The notes under the pieces were generated by a model, which made no database searches, was not told the origin of the DNA, and was given only the letters and a program-made list of their open reading frames with translations. This document shows, piece by piece, positions 23,486 to 33,406 of a stretch of DNA of 64,000 nt. The translations under genes and the position numbers were made by a program. The stretch comes from Gekko japonicus. Taxonomy: Eukaryota. The stretch is from NCBI RefSeq assembly GCF_001447785.1, contig NW_015160245.1, positions 396,032-460,031 on the forward strand, given 5' to 3'. The stretch's first letter is position 1. Each line of letters begins with the position of its first letter.

Positions 23486-26400
23486 CTACAGGATCTCGTA
23501 CTTGTCCACGAGGAAGGTGGTCTCGGTGGAGAACCTCACGGGGGTGTTCCCATCTACCTGGGTCACTTTGGTAACCTGCAGAGAGGAGAAGGGCGCAGGG
23601 TGAGCTGGGATGAAGCACAACGCCAGAACAGCTCACGCGGGCACACTGTGGGCCAAGACCACGGGGCACCATTTGCTGACGTGGAGGAGACTCCCGCCAG
23701 TGCCAGAGAGCTGGTCTCGAGAAGTGCCACGAGATGGGGGTGAAGGCCCAATGCAAGCTTTGTGCCCTGCTACGTGTCCTGACAACCCAAAGCAGGTCGA
23801 GATGGCGCCCTCCACTCAGCACGGGCCTTGCCAGCCCAAAGGCCTCTGTCTGACTTTTGCCACTTTCAAATAAAAGAATTCCCAGGCACAGGAACCAGTT
23901 GCCAAGACCTTGAGGTTACTGCTCCTGAGCTAGATAGAAAAACGGTCTGACTCCAGACAAGACTGCTCCTGGCTTCCCGGAACCCCCCCCCCCAACTTCC
24001 AAAATGGAGAGAACGGCTGCCCGGGGGGTGGGGTGGGGGGGTGGGCAGGCCTCCGGCCTCACCTGGATGCTGCAGTAGTTCTTCTTGGAGAGGAAGGAGA
24101 GGCGCACAGGGAAGAAGTCGTTGGGCTGCCCAGCGATGCTGAACTCCAGGCTGCCGCTCTTGTTTTTGGCATCAATCACAGGCAGACACCACTCGAGGAG
24201 GTTCCTCCGGCTATCGTGGCGATACTCGCCGTCGATTTCTCTGATCACTGGCGTGCCCACGCCCGACCTGCATCAGAGGCCACAGGTGACTCCCAGATCA
24301 CACCCCCCGCCCCGTGCATCGGGAAGCGCATATGGCCCGGAGCCAGGGGTCAGCGGGCTGGGGAGGGGGAGCAGACTGGCACCCTAGTGGGGGCCCAAGA
24401 GGTCCACAAGACTCACGGCAAAGGAATCGCGATCACCACGTCGTTCAGCTCCAGGCTGTCCTCCTGCAGCTCATACTCGATGTTGACATCGCAGCCACTG
24501 CCGCTCTCAGACGGCCAGCAGTTAACTAAGGCAAAAAGACACAGGCACGCGAGTGACTCACCTGTGACACACTCCAAAAGGGAGACTCTGCCCAACTCCC
24601 CCCCCTCTCTATCTGCTCAAGGAGATCCCCCGGGCAGCCCCAGCGGCACTCACTCGTCAACGGAATGAAGGACTCTTCCGTGGTCTGCAGCCGCCACTTC
24701 TCAGGGTTCTTCAAGCCAATCAAGGACTCGGTAGTAAAAAGCTTCTTGTCAACATTGGGGTGAGTCTGAAAGGAAGAACGAAAGGGAAGCCATCCGTCCC
24801 AGAAGCCCCAGAGCAAGGAGTCAAAAGCCTTCTGTCATCTCTGGGCTTCCCATAATCAGCTCGATGGCTTCTGGACACCAAGCAGGGGCCACCAAGCCAG
24901 GCCCAGGAGACACCTCCTCTGGGAGCCGCCGGCAACCACCACCAACCTGGTGCTCTAACCACTTTTGTAAGACGAGAGTAAGGCTACAAAGAGGCACATT
25001 CTTCCCTCCTCTCTGGTGCACACGAGCACTAACCAATCCACCCGCCGGCCAAAGACCATGGATCTAACTCTGGCTCCGCTCCTGGCAACCTGGGGGCAAA
25101 CAGCCAGGGCCCTGTGCTCGGGACGGGTGTCAAGCCGTTGCCTGCAGCGGAAACCATAGTGGCTCTCAGTGCCTCCACGCTGGCAACAGCCAGGCCAGTC
25201 ATACCTGCAGCTGCACACCCTTCTTGTCCTCATTCTCCACATGGATCCGAATGCGGGCAAACTTTTCATCCTGGATCCGCAGCATAATCATGCCGTGTAG
25301 CTCCATGTTCTGCAGTCCCCCATCACGGCCACAAGTCAGTGAGATTTTCTCCTCGATTTTCATGTGCACACTGGAGAAAGGACAGCAACACAAGGGCTGT
25401 GCATCTCTGTTCTCTACGAAGGCAAGCTCCACCAACCTGGAAGGCACCAGTCAACCCCAGGGGACTCCTGGCTACTGCCCTGGGGCACTATCAACTAGTA
25501 CCTACACTTACAATCCTCATCATGGCATCAGTTTGTCTGCAATCCAGCTTTCTCCACAACACAAATCATCTCATTCTAAAAGCCAAGATCTACATACCCA
25601 AACATCGCTCTGCATAGAATTAGGCAAAAATCAGAAACAATCCCTGCTGGAAGACACGTGCTTAGGGAAGAAAAACAAAAACTGACAGATGGGGCTGGAG
25701 GATGCCCCCACCGTCGCCCAGAAGCACACAACAGACTTCCCAAAGGCACAACCGTCTTCCACTTACCTCTCCGTATTTACGGGCGGAGCAAACACTGTGG
25801 CTGCTTCAGAGGATCGCTTGCCTACTGAAGAGGTTATTATGTTTTCTCCTTCTGATTTTAACTTGTCCACAAAGTTATCAACTTCTTTCCCTTTGGCGCC
25901 CAGCTTGAGTGCCTTGTTTGATCCAGACGGCCTAACAAAGAAGTGTGAGGCTCTTAGTTTAACAATCACATCAGTCACCCACAGGGCTCCTCTGAGCAGA
26001 GCACACAAGCAGAGCCCCTGAGGCCCCTCCGGCAGAGGCAGAGCCCCAAGGCGTTTGCATCTGAAGAGATCGGCTAACACAAACCGCAGCTCAGAAACAG
26101 ATGTTCCCTTCACTGCCCACACAACACACCCCAGTTTGACACCTCCAGGTATACCCCCCCGCCGAAGAAAAAAACTACCCAGACGCGCACGACAACAAAG
26201 CTGACCTGGTTGGTGTAGGAGTCACTTTTGGTTTCTCTGTCTCAACTATGGTGTCTGTGATCATGGCAGCCGTGGTGCCTCCTGACAGAGCTGTACTCCC
26301 AAAGCCACCGAAGCCAGGCGCTTTCGTGCCCCGTCGCTCGGCATCCCTGCGTGCCTGTTGCAACTCCTTGGCTTTTCGACGCATTTCAGCCTTAGCCTCA

Positions 26401-28145
26401 CGTTCTTGTGTCTAAGGAAGAATGGCGTATACTATCAGTTCTTAAAGGTACATGCAGTGCAACAAATTAAGGCCCCTGATCCCCTAACCATGTCGATCCT
26501 CCTGGACCAGAGCAGTGATCCGCGCAGTCCAGCCTGGACGACCAGCACACAGGGGATCAGAGACCCTACAGAGGAAAGCGCCGGTGTAAATGGAACACAG
26601 CAGACTTGGGAAGGTCTTGTGTTCACCTCACGGACAGCTCTGAAGACCTTCTCCTCGTGCGAATCCATCTCTGTGAAGGTGCGGATCTGGGCCAGGTTGA
26701 CGTTCTCCCGGTACCCGAGGGCAACTATCTCATCAAAGGCAAAGATTAGATCAAAGCAGTGATCAGAAATCTCATTCTCTTCCAATGCTCTGCAGTATTC
26801 AGGTATCTGAATGGAATCAAGAAATGAAACACTTCTTGAGAAAATGAAAGAGCGAACGTTTATATCTTCCTTTCTTTTTACTCCACCTTTTCCCACAGTG
26901 AAATTAATGACATCTCAGAAAACATAATGTTTAACAGGTATACTAGTGTAATCCACAGATTGGACAACCGAAATGGCCTCTGCGTGAAGCTGCCTTTGCA
27001 AACGCATGGGAACCTTCAGGTAATACCCAACTGTTTCAACGGGAGCCGGCACAGAGTGTCTAGCTATGTGTCATCGAAGGCTTTCACAGCCGGAGTTCAT
27101 TAGTTGCTGTAGATTTTCCAAGCTGGGTGGCCGTGGTCTTGGCATTGTAGGACCTGACGTTTATTTTATTTTATTTATTTAACTTTCGACTTGCTACCCC
27201 GCTCAAACCCCCCACAGGGGGTCTCTGAGCGGCTCTACAGTTAACTGTTATCCCTTACCTAAGGCCACATATATATGCAGGGGTGGGGACTGTCCTAACA
27301 GCACCCAGTGGAGGGACGTTCTGGGACAGCTTGTTGCTTGTCGGCACGGCTTCTACTGACTTCTTTCCTCCGGTGGTGGTACAGTAACTGTGACTGGCAT
27401 CATCAGAGGTATAATTCAGAAATTGGGAGTACTCTCTATGCCCTGACACAGAGAGTACTCCCGCTTTCTGAGTTACACCTTTGAGGACACCAGTCACAGT
27501 TGCTGGCAAAACGTCAGGTCCTACAGTGCCACACAGCCACTAATGCCTAGCGATGGTCTGGGTTGGCCCAGGTTCAGAGGCCCCCTCTGCCGCGGAAGGC
27601 TGCTGAGTAACCTTAGACCAGCTACTCTCCCCACCTAAACGACTTCATTGAGCTAGCGTGACCATAGAGTGCTGTAAGCACTCAGCAAGAGGAGAAGCAG
27701 GGGGTAGCCGTCTGGATAAGCCTGGAGGAGCCAGCTGCTGGGCACATATGAACGGGAGTGTTGGAGAGAAGAGCTTGGGAGTGCCATGCAGGGAACCCAG
27801 GAGGATGGATGGATGGATGGATGGACGGCGCCCGCCCCCCCCCCACCGCCCCGGGCCCCCGCGGGGGGGGGGCTGGCTCACCACCCGTGAGAAGAGGCGG
27901 AGGGTCTCGAGGTCCTCGAGGATGTTGCTGTTCTTGGTGGTGATGAGGACCATGTAGAGCTTCTCCATGGGCTGGTAGACGTAGCGGACGCTCTCCGTCT
28001 CCACGAAGGTGTGCTGCTTGCCCGTGTTCATCAGCTTGGGGAAGGCGGCCAGGAGCCCCTCGATGCGCGTCCGCGTCATCTCCACGAACTGCCGCGAGAC
28101 GATGGCCTTGCCCGCCTTCGTGCACACGGCGGCCGCCAGCAGCAC
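23486..28145 (-). CDS. ARCN1: Coatomer subunit delta (archain 1), coding exons 2-10; the ATG-only exon 1 is probably in the gap 28220-28805
   Basis: Exons 28145-27882, 26806-26627, 26411-26206, 25931-25767, 25370-25205, 24765-24654, 24525-24417, 24267-24063 and 23575-23486. All GT-AG and in frame, from [30 protein letters not shown] to [16 protein letters not shown]. Exon 7 lacks 12 codons (see findings). Confidence 0.97.
27068..27540. mobile_element. Penelope-like remnant with inverted repeats in ARCN1 intron 2
   Basis: Starts gtcatcgaaggctttcacagccgg. ggcattgtaggacctgacgttt (27141-27162) is inverted at about 27509-27530. Confidence 0.6.
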
Positions 28146-28805
28146 CTGCCCCCGGGGGAGGGAGGGAGGGAGAGTCAGGCGGCCACACCGCCAGCCCCGG
28201 CCCGGCCCCCTCCCTCCCGNNNNNNNNNNNNNNNNNNNNNNNNNNNNNNNNNNNNNNNNNNNNNNNNNNNNNNNNNNNNNNNNNNNNNNNNNNNNNNNNN
28301 NNNNNNNNNNNNNNNNNNNNNNNNNNNNNNNNNNNNNNNNNNNNNNNNNNNNNNNNNNNNNNNNNNNNNNNNNNNNNNNNNNNNNNNNNNNNNNNNNNNN
28401 NNNNNNNNNNNNNNNNNNNNNNNNNNNNNNNNNNNNNNNNNNNNNNNNNNNNNNNNNNNNNNNNNNNNNNNNNNNNNNNNNNNNNNNNNNNNNNNNNNNN
28501 NNNNNNNNNNNNNNNNNNNNNNNNNNNNNNNNNNNNNNNNNNNNNNNNNNNNNNNNNNNNNNNNNNNNNNNNNNNNNNNNNNNNNNNNNNNNNNNNNNNN
28601 NNNNNNNNNNNNNNNNNNNNNNNNNNNNNNNNNNNNNNNNNNNNNNNNNNNNNNNNNNNNNNNNNNNNNNNNNNNNNNNNNNNNNNNNNNNNNNNNNNNN
28701 NNNNNNNNNNNNNNNNNNNNNNNNNNNNNNNNNNNNNNNNNNNNNNNNNNNNNNNNNNNNNNNNNNNNNNNNNNNNNNNNNNNNNNNNNNNNNNNNNNNN
28801 NNNNN

Positions 28806-28893
28806 AAGAAGAAGAAGAAGAAGAAGAAGAAGAAGAAGAAGAAGAAGAAGAAGAAGAGGAGGAGGAGGAGGAGGAGGAGGAGGAGGAGGAGGA
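28806..28893 (+). repeat. (GAA)n(GAG)n trinucleotide repeat, in frame with IFT46 as poly-Glu
   Basis: Directly visible; truncated on the left by the N-gap. Confidence 0.9.
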
Positions 28894-31800
28894 GGGAGGG
28901 GAGTTCGACGAGCCAGAGGAGGGCGAAGGCGGCGGCAAGCGGGAGAAGGCGTCGGCGTCGTCGGCCGAGGAGCGGCGTCGGAAGGTGGTGGGGGGCGTCG
29001 TCCTGGGCCCCGGCCCGCCCCTGCCCCCTCCGGCCCCCCTGGGCGCCCCGGCGCGGGGCGGGGGGGAGAAGAAGGCGGCGGCGGCGGCGTCCCGGGTGGC
29101 CTCCCAGCGCCGCTTCAGCGAGAACGACGTGGAGGACGAGGACGACGACGAGGACTCTTCCGAGACCGACTCGGAGGACGACGACGAGGACGAGGAGCAC
29201 GGGGCCCCCCTCGAAGGGTCGGTCGGCCCTCCGTCCGTGGGCCGCTGGGGGGGGGCAGTCTAAGCAGCAGCAGCAGCTGCCCCGGGGAAGGGGAGGGGGG
29301 GGGCGGCGGAGAAGAAGAAGAGGAGGCCGGATTTATTCCCTTTCCCCTTCACTCACAGAGCCGGTGACAGTCTCTTCTCCCTCCCCACGACAGACACCCT
29401 GTGAGGGAGGTGGGGCTGAGAGAGCTCTTGAGAGAACTTGTGACTGACCCAAGGTCACACCAGCAGCTGCATATGGAGTGGGGAATCAAACGCAGCTCTT
29501 CCAGATCAGATTCCGCGCTCTTAACCACTACGCCAAACTGGCTCTCAAACTGGCACTTAACCACTATACCAAACTGACCAGGGGAGGGTGCCCCTTGCTG
29601 GTTTCCCCATGGGGGTATCCAGGAGCCCAGCAGGAGAGCAGCCCATAGCACAGCCAGGGCCTGGAAACACCCAAGGCATGGAGCCTCTCTCCCGCCCAGT
29701 TGGGAGGCAGCCTCTCTGGCCCTAAACCTGTGGGGCAGCATGGCACTTCCCCCCTTATCCTAGTGGCTGTGCCCCCCCCCCCGAGGTCCTTTGGCTCCTG
29801 CCCATCTCATGGCTCATCCTTTCTTCAGGGCCTACAACCCGGCGGAGTACGACTGCCTGCCCGTCTCCCTGGAGATCAAAGACCTCTTCCAGTACATCCG
29901 GAGGTGAGTGGGGGGGGGGCCTTGGCCCTCCCCGTGGGCAGACCTGTCTCTTCAGAGCTCTCTCGGCTGACACTGTCTGCTTCTCAGGTATTCTCCACAG
30001 ATGATCGACCTTGAGCACAAACTGAGGCCTTTCATTCCAGACTTCATCCCAGCAGTAGGAGACATTGATGCCTTCTTGAAGGTACCAAGAGGGCTCTGAC
30101 TCCCCACAACATTTGTGGGCAAGGCCATTCGTCTGTTTCCCATGGTGGCAGAGACCACTGCCTGTTTGCAGGAGGGGGCACTTGGGGGGAGGGTTTGCCT
30201 GGTGCTGGCAGAGGAGCGTTTGTCTTGCAGCCAACTGATGGCTTAGTTGTTCTGCAGAATCTTTTCAGGAGACCTCTGTTCCCTGGTCTGCTTCACAATC
30301 CATTTGCTCAGTGATGAACAGCTCCTCCCAGAAAAGATTCTCTTGAGCACAGTTCTGCCCCAGAAGGGAGTCAGCGCTGCTGTCTTGGTTGGTGGGTTGT
30401 TTGTTGCAGGTTCCCCGCCCGGATGGGAAGCCAGATAACCTGGGTTTGTTGGTGCTTGATGAGCCATCGACTAAGCAGTCAGACCCTACGGTGCTCTCCC
30501 TCTGGTTGACGGAAAACTCCAAGCAGCACAACGTGGCCGTGAGTGAGGCGGGCGGTGATACAAACGGGGCGGCAGAGCTCTTTGGGCCGAGGAGCGAGAG
30601 CGGCTGGCTGAAAGTGGCTTTGTGTTCTAGCAGCAGATAAAAGTGAAGAGCTTGGAGAACGCCGAGAAGAATCCCAAGGCCATCGACAGCTGGGTCGAGA
30701 GCATCAGCGAGCTCCATCGCTGCAAGCCTCCCGCCTCCGTCCACTATGCCAGGTAGGGGCAAAGGCAGCTCTGGCTCCCCGCAGAGGCCCCTCCTCACTC
30801 AGGGCCCTTCCAAGGAGGCCTGGCCCTGGCAGCTGGGCCATCTCAGGAGGAGGCGGAGAGATTGGATGGATACCCCCCCCCCGCCGTCCTTCACTCCCCG
30901 AAGGAGGAGTCTCAGAGCGGCTGACAAACTCCTTTCCCTTTCGCTCCCCACAACAGACACCCTGTGAGGTAGGCGAGGCTGAGAGAGCTCTGGCAGGAAC
31001 GGCTCTTTCTTTCAAGGACAGCTCTTGTCAGAACTACGGCTTGCCCAAGGTCATCCAGCAGGTGCAAGTGGAGGAGTGGGGAATCAAACCCGGCTCTCCC
31101 AGATTAGAGTCCTCCGCGCACTTAGCCCTGGACACCGAACTGGCTCTCAGGCTGCCCTTTCTTCTCACCCCTTGCAGGCCCATGCCTGACATAGACTCGC
31201 TGATGCAAGAGTGGTCCCCTGAGTTTGAAGAACTGCTCGGGAAGGTAGGCGGGCCTGCTAGCAAGAGGATGGCAGCTTTCCTGGTCTTAGAGCTTGAGCA
31301 GCCCCCCTCCCTCCGTCCCCCCCCCGAGCCCCTGTCACTGGGAGCTGGGAGGAGGAAGCTGCCGCAGATTACCAGCCAGCTGCCGCTTCCCTTTGTCCTG
31401 TTCAGGTGAGCCTTCCAACAGCGGACATCAGCTGTAGCCTTGCTGAATACACGGACATGATCTGTGGTGAGTCCCTTGTGGCCCTCCTAGAGTGGAGCGG
31501 CTCCAGAGCAGCAGGGGACACATACCTGCGTGTGCCTGGCTTCCTGGGGTGGGGGTCTGCTTGAACACCAGGTATCGCCTGGCCTAGGTAACTCCTCAGG
31601 GTGGCTTTGCTCTCCCCAGCTATTCTGGACATTCCTGTCTACAAGAGCCGCATCCAGTCCTTGCACACCCTGTTCTCGCTCTACTCTGAATTCAAGAACT
31701 CCCAGGTATGAAGCCTGCCCTGGATCCTGCATTGCGGGGAGGAGGCGTTCTGGCTGCGGAGGAAAGAGGAGAGGGAAAACGTTCTGCTGCCCAGGAGCTT

Positions 31801-31988
31801 TCTCCCCTCAGGGGCTCCTCCCACAGCTGGGCAGTGCCAGAGGAAAGCCGTCTAATCGTGGGGCTTTCTGATGGGCCTTTTTTCTTCTGCAGCACTTCAA
31901 GGCCCCGGCAGAGGGCAAGAAGGCAGCCAGCCCTCCCTCCAACTCTGCTTTGCCAACTGGAGAGACTGACCACCTGAGTTTCCCGTAA
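28808..31988 (+). CDS. IFT46: Intraflagellar transport protein 46; the start codon probably lies in the N-gap
   Basis: Exons <28808-29217 (possible intron 28985-29068), 29829-29903, 29988-30081, 30410-30538, 30631-30752, 31178-31244, 31406-31466, 31620-31705 and 31893-31988. Motifs DEEHGAPLEG, FIPDFIPAVGDIDAFLKVPRPDGKPDNLGLLVLDEPSTKQSDPTVL, MPDIDSLMQEW and SLYSEFKNSQHF. Confidence 0.96.
29310..29580 (-). mobile_element. tRNA-derived squamate SINE in an IFT46 intron
   Basis: Minus strand carries box A (tggcgtagtggttaag), a box B-like gtttgattcc and a (TTC)n tail. Confidence 0.8.
30876..31147 (-). mobile_element. tRNA-derived squamate SINE, second copy
   Basis: Shares cagacaccctgtgagg...gctgagagagctc...cccaaggtca...gagtggggaatcaaac with the 29310-29580 copy. 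Confidence 0.8.
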
Positions 31989-32644
31989 GCCGTGCCAGGG
32001 AATAGCCAGCCTAGCCAGCACCAGCCCTGGGAGCCCCAAAGGCTTCCTGCTGGGCCAGGACTCCACGAGGGGGGCTGCCCCTTATGGCCGCAACAGCCCC
32101 AAAGGCCCTCGAGCTGCTGCTTTGTTCAACAGCCCCTCCCCCCCCCCAGCTTCTGTGGGACATTTGGATCTTACCGCGATGTGTTCTGGGCAGCGCCCTT
32201 TCCTGCACTGTGGCCGTTTGCCTGGCTTTGGGCCCACTGAGACCCTCGTCCAGCTCTTGGGACTTGGTTGCCTGCCAGCTGTGTGTTGCCAGGGGAGGGG
32301 CTGTGGGCCAGTGCTCAGTGTCCTGGGTGCCCCCACTTCCGTTTTGTTCTGTGACAATGTTCTGATGCTTATAAATTCTGTACAACCCAGATGTTCTCTG
32401 AGTGGGTGATGGTATTCCAGGCTCTTGCCCAGCAGCTCCCGCAGTCTGGAGGTCTTGACATCTGACGGAGTGAGGGCAAAGCAAGCCGGTTCTGACCGTG
32501 GGACTGGAATGCCGCCAACCAGCCCTGCTCTGTATCGGAGAGGAGGAGGGAGCGCAAACCAGCCCGGAGTCTTGAACCAGGAGAGAACATGTCTGCCATG
32601 ACCCTCTCCAGGGAAAAGAAAGGGGCCATACATGGGCTACAGAA

Positions 32645-32650
32645 TTTATT
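32645..32650 (-). terminator. Probable TMEM25 polyadenylation signal (AATAAA), convergent with the IFT46 3' end
   Basis: tttatt on the + strand about 760 bp past the TMEM25 stop. Confidence 0.5.
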
Positions 32651-33406
32651 TGTAGAGTGCGGAACCTACAAAGTCACATTTCATGCCTTTAAAAAAAATT
32701 ATTTCTCATTTGTAGTCCGCCTTTCTCACATGCGAATGGGAGTGAATCAGTACAACCAACCAAGTGGGACATGAACAATGCAGAACCAGCCAGAAATCTG
32801 AAAAGACAGGACTGAAGCACAGCATAGAGATTCAAGTGACAAATTAAGCCGTGCAAAAATTACATAACAGGACCCCACTTACAGTCAGCTCTACACAGCA
32901 GCATGGGCCACAGTCCCTCATCACTCATTCAAGTAAGGTTGTGAACCATGTTGTACAGTGCAGCCCACTGACCTGTGCAAAAAGGTCCTCTGGAAGAATT
33001 CTGTTTTGCATAGGAGCCTTCCTGTCCTCCTCAGGCAGGCCCTTCCCTAAGGTGGGGGCCACAACAGAGGCCCGTGTGCGCGTGGCCGTGCAGTCACTCC
33101 GCCACTCTCACAGCCACAAACACATGCAGGTTGAGCAGCCGTGTGGGAAAGGGTGACCCCTGCACCAAAGAAAAGCAGCCGCCTGAGGGACAAAAACGAG
33201 TCTTGCTGGTTCCTTGGCCCAGAAATGCACTGCAGCTGGTGTGTGTGTGTGTGTGTGGGGGGGTACTGTTTAGCGGAGACAACTTTTGGGGGGGACCAGC
33301 CTTGGGAGCTGGCATGTCTGGTTTTCCTCTTTGATGCCAGGCAGATGAAGTGCCCTCAAAGTGCCAGCGCGGCTCCTCTGCCCGGTCTGTGCTGGCAGCC
33401 CTCTCC

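Noticed and set aside
29460-29580. tRNA-like box A/box B sequence
   Set aside because: It is the head of a SINE; no complete cloverleaf is visible.
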